From: Octopus sinensis | Taxonomy: Eukaryota | Reading direction: 5' to 3' | Assembly (NCBI RefSeq): GCF_006345805.1 | Contig: NC_043005.1 | Span: 82,522,001-82,586,000 of the forward strand | DNA: 64,000 nucleotides | Shown here: in pieces, positions 51,216-64,000 of the stretch | Layout of the letters: each line of letters starts with the position of its first letter | How positions within the stretch are numbered: the first letter of the stretch is position 1 | Made by a program: the position numbers and the translations under genes | Notes under the pieces: model-generated | What the model saw: the letters and a program-made list of their open reading frames with translations, nothing else | Databases searched by the model: none | Told to the model about the DNA's origin: nothing

Positions 51216-51329
51216 GTTGTTATTACTAGCACTACTACTACTGTTGTTACTAATTGTTACTGTTATTGCAACTGCTACTTTCGCTACTACTACCTCTACA
51301 ATTGTGCTATGTATACAACTGCTACTACA
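50811..51329. repeat. (CTG)n/(CTA)n/(CAA)n trinucleotide array
   Basis: Directly visible; produces poly-Thr and poly-Val ORF artefacts. Confidence 0.95.
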
Positions 51330-51400
51330 GCTATTTTGGATCTTTTCTAAAAGATGGACAGAATTTTCTACTTAACTAAATAATTTGAAACTTCGTATAC

Positions 51401-52594
51401 TGGTAGAATGTCAAAAGAAAACATTAATTTCAATTAGTTTTTTTGAGAAAAATGTATTTTGTAACTTTTACGTAGTTTAATTCTTCGAATTTTAACCAAT
51501 CATATTCTGGTAGAATGTGTCAAAAGAAAACATTAATTTCAATTAGTTTTTTTGAGAAAAATGTATTTTGTAACTTTTACGTAGTTTAATTCTTCGAATT
51601 TTAACCAATCATATTCTGGTAGAATGTGTCAAAAGAAAACATTAATTTCAATTAGTTTTTTTGAGAAAAATGTATTTTGTAACTTTTACGTAGTTTAATT
51701 CTTCGAATTTTAACCAATCATATTCTGGTAGAATGTGTCAAAAGAAAACATTAATTTCAATTAGTTTTTTTGAGAAAAATGTATTTTGTAACTTTTACGT
51801 AGTTTAATTCTTCGAATTTTAACCAATCATATTCTGGTAGAATGTGTCAAAAGAAAACATTAATTTCATTAGTTTTTTTGAGAAAAATGTATTTTGTAAC
51901 TTTTACGTAGTTTAATTCTTCGAATTTTAACCAATCATATTCTGGTAGAATGTGTCAAAAGAAAACATTATTTCAATTAGTTTTTTTGAGAAAAATGTAT
52001 TTTGTAACTTTTACGTAGTTTAATTCTTCGAATTTTAACCAATCATATTCTGGTAGAATGTGTCAAAAGAAAACATTAATTTCAATTAGTTTTTTTGAGA
52101 AAAATGTATTTTGTAACTTTTACGTAGTTTAATTCTTCGAATTTTAACCAATCATATTCTGGTAGAATGTGTCAAAAGAAAACATTAATTTCAATTAGTT
52201 TTTTTGAGAAAAAGTATTTTGTAACTTTTACGTAGTTTAATTCTTCGAATTTTAACCAATCATATTCTGGTAGAATGTGTCAAAAGAAAACATTAATTTC
52301 AATTAGTTTTTTTGAGAAAAATGTATTTTGTAACTTTTACGTAGTTTAATTCTTCGAATTTTAACCAATCATATTCTGGTAGAATGTGTCAAAAGAAAAC
52401 ATTAATTTCAATTAGTTTTTTTGAGAAAAATGTATTTTGTAACTTTTACGTAGTTTAATTCTTCGAATTTTAACCAATCGTATTCTGGTAGAATGTGTCA
52501 AAAGAAAACATTAATTTCAATTAGTTTTTTTGAGAAAAATGTATTTTGTAACTTTTACGTAGTTTAATTCTTCGAATTTTAACCAATCGTATTC
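51401..52594 (+). repeat. Tandem array of 11 units of about 109 bp (AT-rich minisatellite)
   Basis: Unit starts (TGGTAGAATG) at 51401, 51508, 51617, 51726, 51835, 51943, 52051, 52160, 52268, 52377 and 52486; near-identical units with no spacers. Confidence 0.97.
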
Positions 52595-52714
52595 TCTGTT
52601 TTGAGCTCAATTCATATCTGCCGTGTTATTCATCCTTATCACTGTCTTCTGTTTTCTGTCCTCAAAGGCTTCTCGCATGTTTATTTCAATGTCATCCCTG
52701 ACTTACGGAACGAT

Positions 52715-53205
52715 TACCTGTGTATGTGTTTTTGTTGTGTATGTGTGTCCGTGTGTGTGTTTGTTGTGTGTGTGTTATTGTTGTGTATGTGTGTGTTTGT
52801 TGTGTGTGTTATTGTTGTGTATGTGTGTGTGTTTTTGTTGTGTATGTGTGTTATTGTTGTGTATGTGTGTGTGTTCTTTTTTGTTGCGTATGTGTGCGTG
52901 TGTTGTGTATCTCTTAAATCGATGAATTTCGTCGCCCAATAAAAATATTAGCGATATCAAAGTTAAAAAAAATATCGTTAATATTTTTATTGGGCGACGA
53001 AATTCATCGATTTAAGAGATACACAACACACGCACACATACACAACAAAAAAAAACACACAACACACACACACAACAATAACACACACACACAGACACGC
53101 ACACATACACAACAAAAACACACACACACACATACACAACAATGACACACACACACACACACATACACAACAAGAACACACACACATACAGCAAACACAC
53201 ACACG
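52715..53205. repeat. Large palindrome: 62-bp perfect arms extended by degenerate (TG)/(CA) arms
   Basis: 52889-52950 is the exact reverse complement of 52979-53040; 28-bp spacer. Confidence 0.95.
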
Positions 53206-53831
53206 CGGATCTTTTCTAAAAGATGGACAGAATTTTCTACTTGACTAAATAATTTGAAAAGATCCGCTATTTTTGCTATTATTACTACTAGTAGTAGTAC
53301 TGCTGCCCTTACTATTATAGCTACTGCTACTTCTGCTACTGCTGCCAAAATACATGCTTTAGTTATTGATGTAAATGTTTCCGCTAAGGTTAGCTTTGCA
53401 TTTCAGCCCCGACCTCCAGCCACCCGTGGTTGATAAAAGAACTACTTGTTGAGTACAGGGTATTGATGGATTCACGTAATGTCCTCAAAACTATTGGCCC
53501 TCTGCCTACCTCAGAAACCATACTAACATGAACGTTGTCTTTAAGGTGACCAGCTGACAGGATCGTTACGACGCTGGTCAAAATGCTTAACGCCATTTCA
53601 TCAGTTTCTATATTCAGAATCACCACCTAAAAGCCCCAGGGAGAAAAGAAAGAGAAACAACCGAGGAAGAGAAAAAAGAAAGATGAAAAATCAAATGAAA
53701 TGCGAACTCGGGAACCGTTGCTTTCAACCAGTAAAGAAGAAGGAGAACGACAGAAGATCGAAAACGAAAAAGACAGCCAATGTGAGACAGAGGGAATTGT
53801 ATCGGTCTAAGAGAGTCGTGAAAGATACCCG

Positions 53832-53879
<48 letters not shown>

Positions 53880-54790
53880 CTTATAGGGAAAAATTTACGA
53901 AACCTCGTAATAAATGAAAAAAGTGTCGAAATCGAAAAGAGGGTCACAAAGATGAGAAACATTATAAGGGTAAAACTGGAAAACCATGAAGGTAGAAGGG
54001 GGTGGTATTGGAATGAGAGAGATGAGAGAGATTGGTACAACCATTTGGAAAGAAGAGAGTCGAAGTATCACCATTGCAATTTAGATACGACGAACTGCCG
54101 CCAGTTGTAATATTTGATGATATTGTTAAGTATACATTCAGTTAAAAAAGATAAGAGACTGTAATAGTAAAACACTAAAATGGAACTGCTTGCTTTGGGG
54201 GCGAGTAAGCCATTTCATCCTCACTTTTAATCATTCATAATTCATCTGACATGTATTTATATGTACCCCAATGTATTGTTTTGTATGTCCTTGTGGTGTC
54301 CCGTCTTCATAAAGGCCATGTGCCTAAATAAAAGAAACCGAACCGGAACCGTCGGTAGACGAGACGTCGATTTCTGTTGAGTCGAGTCGTCAGAAGTGAG
54401 AGTTCGGTAGTTGAGCAGAGGTACGTTATTGGTGAAGGCACGCAATGCGAACGTGTGGTATAACAGTTTCAAATACCCTCAGGTCTTCAATATTCTGCCC
54501 AAATGCTTGAGAGGTCTGTGTGATATGGTTTTGATGTCTACAAGAGATAACTGGACATTCTGTAATTTAAAAAAACGGTATGTCTATTTTCACTTAAAAG
54601 TTCGTTTAGTTCTGTTATTCTTTCATTTCCAAAATTTTGGAAACATCGTTGCATATCTCTCTAAAGAAGCAGCTCATTGAGTGCAGATACACCGGATTTT
54701 GGTAGCATTGGTCTGAATGTCATACAATTGATATTTGTACAAAAAAATCAACAGCTGGTATGGTTCTTCTGTAGAACACAGCGAGACGTG

Positions 54791-54794
<4 letters not shown>

Positions 54795-54860
<66 letters not shown>

Positions 54861-55051
54861 ATTGGTAATTGAAGAAATGGAGCTGAACGCAGATTGAACA
54901 GAAATCGTTTATTTCATTCTACACGTGTTTCGAAAGGCACAAATTACCAAAATCCGATTGAATAATGGGACCATATTTGTCTTCTCTCAGGAAGGAAGAA
55001 AAAAGGAAATCCGTTGGAAAAACAAAAACAGAAAAAACATATATATGTATG

Positions 55052-55122
<71 letters not shown>

Positions 55123-55123
55123 C

Positions 55124-55167
<44 letters not shown>

Positions 55168-55195
55168 CATACATATATATATATTATATATATAT

Positions 55196-55239
<44 letters not shown>

Positions 55240-55275
55240 ATATAGATATATATATATTTATATATACATATATAT
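54795..55275. repeat. (TA)n tracts
   Basis: Directly visible. Confidence 0.9.
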
Positions 55276-55299
55276 TATAATACCCAAATCTGTGAAAAG

Positions 55300-55745
55300 T
55301 TTCCTAACATAAGCCCAAATACGCTCAACAACAACACTGAAGCCGTCAGTAAAAAGTTGCGGAAGACCTGACTGGGGGATATGCGTCAATGTAATTGAGG
55401 GATCAGAATTCTCCTTCAAATAGGAACAACATTTTACAGGGAAAAGCAGCTTCACATGTGCTTCGGTGAACCTGATATACGCACTAACCTGCTCTCAAGA
55501 TTAATACATAGCCTAAACAAAAAACAGGCTTCGTCAAATGATGGCTCTGCACAGATCCCAGATCAAAATTCCGAAACACAGAAAAATAGCATTCGGCCAA
55601 TATATCGACATTTGCGCCAATAGCAAAAATCCAAGCTTCAGAATTTTTCCCCTCTATCAAATCATGGACGATACAACCCGTAGCCAACGAATTAGTAAAG
55701 GGTCGTTCTTTATCACGAAATACAGACCCATTTTGAACGCATCTA
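55300..55745 (+). mobile_element. Penelope-like element GIY-YIG endonuclease remnant
   Basis: FTCASVNLIYALTC..YI..TKNRLRQMMALHRSQI..FRIFP..R..K..FFITKYRPILN, with stops. Confidence 0.8.
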
Positions 55746-56915
55746 CAACAATTGATATATCCACCACGACCTTAGAATAACACATACGCAAATATTAAAA
55801 ATGATACATTGAAAAGAGATACCCAAGAATTCGTTAAAAACGGTTCTAATCACTACCATAATCCACAACGATTTACTTTTAGTCACTTGATCATTTAACA
55901 TCCTACTACTAACATAGCACTCTCGAATTATCATCATCATCATCATCATCATACTCATCCTCTTCCTCCTCCTCCTCCTCCAAACTTTAAAAGTCTCAAT
56001 GACTAAAACCGGTACTAAAATATTTTTTCATGATAACATTATTTTAGCATTTTCTACCTTGACATTTTCCTTATACATATCAACTCGTATGTTCCTTTTT
56101 TACCTTCTACATACATACACACACGCATATATGGGTCCAGGAATTAAGACCACTATCTCGCGATAAAAACAAATATACATCCATAAAAACAAATATACAT
56201 CCATATATAGAAAGGTATACCTTAGAACCTTCTCAAATTTTACATATACATACATACATACATACACACACACACATATATATATATATATAATATATAT
56301 AATATATATATATATAATATATATATATATACATTATAGAGCAAAAGAGGGACAGTGAGACAGAGAGAGAGAAAAAAAAAGAGTGCGAAAGAGAGAAGGA
56401 GTGAGAGGAATACAAAACTACATAAAGAATTATTAATCATAGAACGCTTTACGTCATAATCAATTCAATAACAAAAGAGAAACCGTAGTCTTTGGTAGAT
56501 CTATGGTAATATAATACGGTCTGGTTTTCGTTGAAGAGTCATTATATTTTTATCAGAATACACTTAAGGAATTGATGTATTTTATATTCAAAATTTAATC
56601 TAAAGGCCAGAAGATATATTATAAATGGAGACTTTCTGGTGACGCCTTCAGAATTTAGTAATAATATACATCAAGACTGAGAACAACTTACTTGTAATGA
56701 AATTATTGGGAAAGATTTCATACTCGAATATTAATGTATCTCGAGATGTAACTACAAGTAGCTATTAATTGTGGTTTTATATCTTGGGTGTGTATGTATC
56801 ACTGAACTGGAGATTGCATATAAAATACATAGACTAAAGTGAAAACTACGATAATTAATGTTAATTGGATATATGATAGAATGAACAAAATATAGGGAAA
56901 ATGTACGTGTACCAG

Positions 56916-56988
<73 letters not shown>

Positions 56989-57045
56989 ATATATGTATAT
57001 AATGTATGTATATGTATGTACATATATGTATGTATATGTATGTAT

Positions 57046-57099
<54 letters not shown>

Positions 57100-57489
57100 G
57101 TGTGTGTATGTATGTATGTATGTATGTATGTATGTATGTATTATGTATGTGATTGGTTTTTTTTGCTGGACTGTATATAATTACAATTTTACATGAAACT
57201 GAAAGTTTAGCGTACATATTAAATTTTAGGAAGAAAATTTGACAATAAATGCGAAGTTTTGGCTTGCTCGCTTTGATCATACTTCGTGATGGTGACGTGC
57301 AGGCTAAATCTTCGAAGGCACTGCCAACCTCTTCTGAGTAAAAGTTCAAATATTAAGTATCCAAAGTCAACTTTAATAACACCTGACCCCTGAACCCATT
57401 TCAAACCTCTACATAGAGTATCTTCTTATACGTGTTGTCTAAGATAAAGTATCAAACATGTTCTAAACTATGCACAAAATATGAGAAGA

Positions 57490-57544
57490 TAATCTATCTA
57501 TCTATCTATCTATCTCTATCTATCTATCTATATCTATCTATCTA

Positions 57545-57583
<39 letters not shown>

Positions 57584-60040
57584 GTCGTCCCTCAGGACGC
57601 CCCTTGACTGTTTCCACACGTTTCTCCCACTCATCTCGATCTTCCATAATGGCCCTCACCTCCTGTACCCTTTCCATACCAGTATCCCCCAGCAAGTTAT
57701 CGATATATGTCGTCTTCTTCCTTCCTCTCTTGGTTCTTCCTTGCGATGGTTGCCAGCACTCTAACCTGTAAAATATTTCATCGGTGTGTGAGATGCAGTG
57801 TCCAGTTAGCCTCATCCTTCTATACTGTATTTTCAATGTTACTTTTGGTAGACCCTGGTATAAGTCGGCTTTTGTTGCATGACTCTTCCAGGAGACACCG
57901 AGTGCCATTCTAAGCATCCTCGTATAACAACCATCCAACTGCCTCTTCAATGCTTTAGTGAGCGTCAATGTTTCAGCCCGTATAGAAGAACAGACTCCAC
58001 TGTTGCCAGAAACAACCTCTGTTTCAATTTCCTTGCTAACTTTGAACTCCATACCTTTTTCAATTTATGGCAATGCGCTGCAGCTAAGAGCTTTCATTGC
58101 TACAATGTCTTTTTCAGTAATTTGTGTCCATGCATCAAGGTATTTGAAATTTTCAACTATTTGACCGACTTACTTTCACTGACAGGCATTTCGTGGTTGA
58201 ATATTTGCTAATTCTTCATTTTCTGTTTCACTGTCAACTTCTGGATTCTTCCTAAGTAAGTTATATAAATGAGTGTACCACTTCTTGAATCTCTCGTCTT
58301 TTGATTTCCCCTTGATGATTCACTGCTTTGCAGCTTTGCGACCAGTGATGGAGTTACTCAGTCTCCAGTTTTCTCCGTGTTTAGACCCTCTTTCTTTCTT
58401 TGTAAATTTTAATATCGTCGTTGGCAGCTTTTTGATAGTTGACGAATGCCTCTTGTAATTCACTGCGTGCTTTTTCTAACTTTCTCCTTTTCATCCTCTT
58501 CTTAATTGGTATCTGTTTTGCTGCCGCTTCTTCATTTGATTGCACAAGCTTATAATATTCCTCTGTAACTGTATCCCTGTTATTGGATAGTTCAGCAAAA
58601 CTGTTACGCACTGTAACAGTATAACGCTGTTGAAGTTCTGTATTTTGCAATGTAGACCAATCGTAGCATTCTTTTTCCTGCAGGAGTTTTGCTTGTACGT
58701 AAACTAAGACGTACTCTGGCTGTCACTAAACAATGGACACCCACCTAAACAGCTAAAGCTATTATATGATTCTACATTGTGTACAGAATTCTTCCATTTC
58801 TTATTAATCAATATGTAATCAGTTTAGGGCTTCCTACTATTCATGTCGGAGATAAATGTCCATTGTTTTCCTTTCTTTTTCTTGAGCAGAGTGCTAGTGA
58901 TGCGAAGATTACATTCCGCTGCATGATCCAGATGCTGGCCATTCATGTTGGTCTCCTTATGGAATGCGTAGCGGACTGCATCCTCACACAAATGAGCATT
59001 TGAATCACTGCATTCTATGGAACCATTGTGTTTTGGTATTTCATTGATGACATTTGTCAGTGTTTCGTAGTTCTCCTCTGCACCCTTGCTTCCCACTGTG
59101 GGTGCATAGTTAATGACTACTGTGGTGGATGGGTTTCCATTGAATGTGGCTGTGACTATTCTATAATTTATGGTATTACTTCGGCCAATGCTTTCTCTAC
59201 CAAACCATTGGTTTCTAGTCCTACCCCTCCTGCTGCAGCACCATAAGTACTTCTCCATGCACTTAGTTTGCATTTGTTTAAGTTGTTAGCCACTTCCAGA
59301 CGTTTCTCTTTTTCCCTAAGTGTTCTTACATTAAGTGTTCCAATTTGCAGGTCCTTTATACTGTTCGTAAGTTTGATTCCTCTTTTCCCGACATCAGATA
59401 CTTCTCTTCCAGTTAAATTTAAAGAAGTACCTTCATCAGTCGTTACACGACATGCTTGAACATCCGGAATGTCTGAGTCAGGTGCTCCAACTCTGGTGCT
59501 GTTAACGCGTGGATTCATAGAGGTTTCGCTTGCGCATACTATAGGAGTGTGGTACCGCAGTTTCCATCTAACTAGGAATATTAGAATCTCATCCACTGTC
59601 TTGTATTCAAGATCCTCTGCATGACATCCTGCTAGTTCAAAGCCAAGAATCTGATCTGCTAGGTCCTGCCGATAACTAAATCCACGCCCTGCTGCCGACG
59701 CTTCAATTTATTGTCATTGAGGTTTACTCCACTAAGCTCCTCTAACGGTTAAGGTTTTGTCTGTTTCCTACCCTTCGACCTGTCTGGCCTGGTAAGCTCT
59801 CCTTGAAGATTTCTCTGCCTCCGATCTATGGAGCACACAGGCACTTCACCGCAACAAGGTACTTGTTGGATTGGCCGTTGATTACATAGTAGTTCTTCCG
59901 CCATTTGACGGCTCTTATTTTTCATCCCGCAGAGTGTCCAACAATCACCATCCTGACCAAGCAAGTTTGATGGGGTTGCCAGTTTAGGCGACGACGACCT
60001 GACCATGTAACAGGTTGTCCTGGGTTACATGTTACCAGTA
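57490..60040 (-). mobile_element. RTE-type LINE with 5' region, APE endonuclease and 3' end, RT core deleted
   Basis: IGTLNVRTL and YAPT..DSNAHL (APE); VENFKYL..ETLTLTKALKRQLDGCYTRMLRMAL..RMRLTGHC (post-RT C-terminus); (TAGA)n tail at 57490-57581; no YADD region. Confidence 0.88.
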
Positions 60041-60261
60041 GCGCTAAAGAGCGACTTAACATTCAAATGACTTTGAAATTGTAACATTTGATAATATTGA
60101 CATGCACATGTCAATCGGTTTATATTTTATAAAAGTCACTTATTGTAACAAAAGTAAAAATTATAAAATCTTTAGATATATTTTTGTGCTGGTTTACCTT
60201 TATTTTTAAATATCACCTTCGATTCGTATGGATACTTAAACACTTCTACAAACTAACAAAC

Positions 60262-60338
<77 letters not shown>

Positions 60339-60354
60339 ATATATACATACCATG

Positions 60355-60505
60355 GATTTACACAGAGTTTCCATCTACCATATTCACTGAAATTGCATTA
60401 GTCGGACAAGGGATATAGTAGAAGGCGCTTGTTCAAGGTACCTCGCACTGGGACCGAACCCGACACTACGTGGAAGCATAGTTGGCTTCTTAACTACACA
60501 GCCAA
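60355..60505 (-). mobile_element. Degraded SINE family A 5' half
   Basis: GATATAGTAGAAGGCGCTTGTTCAAGGTACCTCGCACTGGGACCGAACCC. Confidence 0.65.
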
Positions 60506-61699
60506 GCTTATGGATAAAACAAATACTCGAAGCTTTATATATGTTGAAAATGTCTCGAATCTACCATCCTTGTAAATGTCCCTTAAAATTCTTCCAGCAC
60601 TAACTTACCGAATGAAACTTTATTTACTCAGGATTCCCAAAATGTCAATTTTTAAGATAACTCCGACAGGAAATGTATCAGATGACTCGGAGCGGTGGAT
60701 TTAGCAAAAGTAAAATGGGTGACCCAATGTGGAAATGTGTCCATTATGAAACATTGATTTGATGTTTGAATGATTTGAGACAGAAATACGAGAAAACTTG
60801 TCAAAAAAATACGTACCAAAAATCTAGTATAAAGACTAAAGGAGCGAAAATTATTCCAGTGAATCTGCCCATCTCCTACAGCAACAGGGCACAAAATATG
60901 AAAGATTTGTCTGCTATATCTTAAGGGTTCATCGATCATACACCTATTCCTTATACTCGCGGTATCAAGAGTTGATAACCTGCATTGCATCACACACGTA
61001 TTTCCTTTCGCAGAGTCAAGCCACTATCGATCGGTGTCAGCATAGCAGTGACGATATAAGAGGCTATAATTAATTTATTTGTGCGATGATCATAAATAAT
61101 GGATACAAATTTAGTTAGGTTTGATATTTTGCAGCCGTGTCAAAGTAAAAAAATATATTGCCGGCATCATTGCCATTAATCAAAGAGGAAATGATAAAAA
61201 TGATCGCCGTACAAACCTAAATAAAGATTGTTACGTTTCTGCTCACGTCATTTCCATTTTGCGGTAAAAGTAACAAGAACAAAAATAACTACCACCACCA
61301 CCACCACTAGTACTACTACTACTAATAATAATAATAATAATAATACCTAAAGGAAGAATAAACAGATAGAAAATTGTTACGCCCACCGGCGTTTGAAAAG
61401 GCATTTCTTGAATTATCCAAAGTGAAGATAATAAATAGTATTGTCTCTGGATTCTAAACGAATATTTCTTTGAGCTATAATGAATATAAATACTCAAACA
61501 TCAAAAACGCTGCTGCGATCGATCGATCGATTTAATTACACCATTCCTCCATTCCTCTGCGAAAGCATTTCATGTTTTGCCTTTTGCAAATTGTTTATTG
61601 TCGTAATATACATATGCAGAGATACACACATATATAAATTCATACACACACACGCAAACACACATAAATGAATGAATGTATAGATGCACATATGTATTA

Positions 61700-61726
61700 G
61701 TAGATATATAAATGCACACATATGAA

Positions 61727-61765
<39 letters not shown>

Positions 61766-61885
61766 TTATATGCATACATACAATCACAAATACTCATGCA
61801 AATATATACGTACACGCGCGCGCACACCCACACGCATATATATAACACATACTAAGATATATATATATATATACCTGCAGGTATG

Positions 61886-61923
<38 letters not shown>

Positions 61924-62180
61924 CATTCATATATATACATATGTATATATGAGTATACATATCTATATGTATGTATGTTAGTATATATATATGCGTATAT
62001 ATATATATATACACACACGCACACACCACACACATATAATATATGTATAAATATGTATGTGTGTGTGTGTATATATATATATATATGTACGTATGTAAGT
62101 GTATATATATATACACACAGACACGCACGCACGCACCCACATACATATACACACACATATATACAAACACACACACATGT
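61700..62180. repeat. (TA)n/(CA)n/(TG)n low-complexity tract
   Basis: Directly visible. Confidence 0.9.
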
Positions 62181-62841
62181 GTATCTGACTACTGACTGAC
62201 TTGCAACCGTCCTCTTTGTTCTCCGTTCTCATTAACTATGAAAGCATACATGCATATCAAAGGGTTTTCAAAACTAAAATTACACCTAGAGATAACACAA
62301 CAATAAATAGCGAAGACGAAGAGAACATTGCGCCTTAGAAAGTTTAAAAATAAACTAAAAAAATGAAACGAAGAAGGAAGCTATCGTTTCTTGTGCTCTT
62401 ACGGGCATCAGATTTTTATAGCATTTCCTCAAACCAAAGTCTGGAGTAAATAACATGGAAACAATCTTATATATTATTATTTCAAAGGTATGTCTTTGAT
62501 TATGTCAACATGACATCATCAAAAGAGATTTCTGGTCATAAAATCTGTATATACGCTTTTCTAATTATATTTGCTGACAACGCGTTTTCTTTAAGTTAAA
62601 TCTGGTTTACTGTGTAAACATTGGAGAAATCAAATTGTGTCGTCAGTTTAAAATACTTTTGATATGTATAGGTATTTTCCGCAAATAATAACTGTAAGGG
62701 TTGTATTGACTATAGAAAATAGTATAGTATTTGAAATATAGGTCCTCAACGGAAATAATAGGTATTAGTACGTGTAGAAATCGAACCTACATCTCTTATT
62801 TTCTTGATAATGTGCAGACCGATTGGCCAAGTGCAGGCCAA

Positions 62842-62962
62842 CGCTTTGGTTGGCCTGAGGCTATAGTAGAAGATACTTGCCGAAAGGTGCCACGCAGTGG
62901 GACTGAACCCAGAACCATATGGTTAGGAAACAAGCTACTTACCACACATCCACGCCTACGCC
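62842..62962 (-). mobile_element. SINE family A 5' fragment
   Basis: GAGGCTATAGTAGAAGATACTTGCC..GGGACTGAACCCAGAACCAT. Confidence 0.8.
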
Positions 62963-63503
62963 TATATATATTTAATTATTTTAAATTTAATGTGATAGTT
63001 CTAGCGTATGGTTCGTCTACTTGATATCTCCAAAGTTTTAGTCTTCTGTGATATATATACTACATCTTACATTGCCATTTCTCTAAAACCAGTTCATGTC
63101 CGCGTGAATATTCAGAAATATATTAGAAATAATTCGATAATAAATTTTCTTTTATTATGACCTAAATTGAAAAAAATACATATATTGAATTTTTATCATT
63201 TCTACATCTCCATTTTATACGTGTACTTAAAATTTTCATTTACATTGTCTACAAAATAATTTTCTGAAAATGATCTTTTCATCTAAGGAAATAACAGAAT
63301 AGACATTTTTTTTAATATAAAAATTGACATAGGTTTCCTGTTATCTTCTAAGTTATCTTTTGTACTCCCAGACTGTTTTTAAAATGGATATTTTTTTTGT
63401 TTGCCTATTTATATATATATATATATTTTTGTATTATGAAAATGAAAAAATCGATATAGTTATTTATTTGTATTTTCTAAGGCCATTCGTTCAATATAAA
63501 TAA

Positions 63504-63630
<127 letters not shown>

Positions 63631-64000
63631 TGTGTGTGTGTGTGTGTTGTGGGTGTGTGTATCCATTTTTTGTCTCAAAATGATATTCTTCTTTAGCTGT
63701 GTCCAAATCAGCGATATCTGAAATTTATTGGAATTTGTCTTTAAACGAATATAAAATATAATAGAATATCAGTAATTCAATTGTATTTTTCTCTTTATCG
63801 TTAATTAGGCCACAATATGCCTCACTATATGAGAGAACACACCTCAGTTAGTACACACATACAAGCGCACATATGATAGTATTAGGTCATCATAAATAAT
63901 GCAGTTCTTTATACTTCTTTTATTTTTTTAAATTAAGGTAAACAAAACTCTTTTCTAATCTAAGATATACTCTCATTCATTTTCTACAATATTCTTCCAT

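Larger units (their letters stand above)
51338..53265. mobile_element. Non-autonomous TIR DNA-transposon-like element with 8-bp TSD, carrying an internal satellite and palindrome
   Basis: TIR GGATCTTTTC (51338-47) / GAAAAGATCC (53256-65); exact TSD GCTATTTT at 51330-37 and 53266-73; no ORF. Confidence 0.8.

Noticed and set aside
51401-52594. Regular repeat array as a possible CRISPR
   Set aside because: Units are 109 bp and contiguous with no unique spacers; eukaryotic context and no cas genes

Overview
AT-rich eukaryotic (animal) genomic DNA, almost entirely repeat-derived. The SINE families, the (TA)n/(GATA)n/(TACA)n/(AAT)n microsatellite load and the LINE/Helitron mix look like an Octopus-type coleoid cephalopod genome; this is inference from recalled repeat families, not a database search. 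I found no intact host protein-coding gene, rRNA, true tRNA or CRISPR array. Most ORF-track entries are microsatellite read-throughs. Recognisable coding remnants are all transposon-derived and broken: three mariner transposases plus a mariner MITE, three internally deleted Helitrons plus five non-autonomous Helitron copies (three in a head-to-tail array), a Ty3/Gypsy remnant with protease directly before integrase, CR1 3' fragments, a CRE-clade RLE fragment, a Tx1/L1-like ORF1 with a CCHC knuckle, two Penelope fragments and an RTE-type LINE lacking its RT core. The most unusual structure is a 1.93-kb non-coding element at 51338-53265. It has 10-bp GG..CC TIRs and an exact 8-bp TSD, and carries an 11 x 109-bp satellite and a large internal palindrome. 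Other items worth a look are a perfect 22-bp pre-miRNA-like hairpin (13042-13112), hammerhead-ribozyme-like cores, a locally templated copy of a dead mariner, and weak candidate host exon/promoter signals. The window is probably intergenic or within a large intron.
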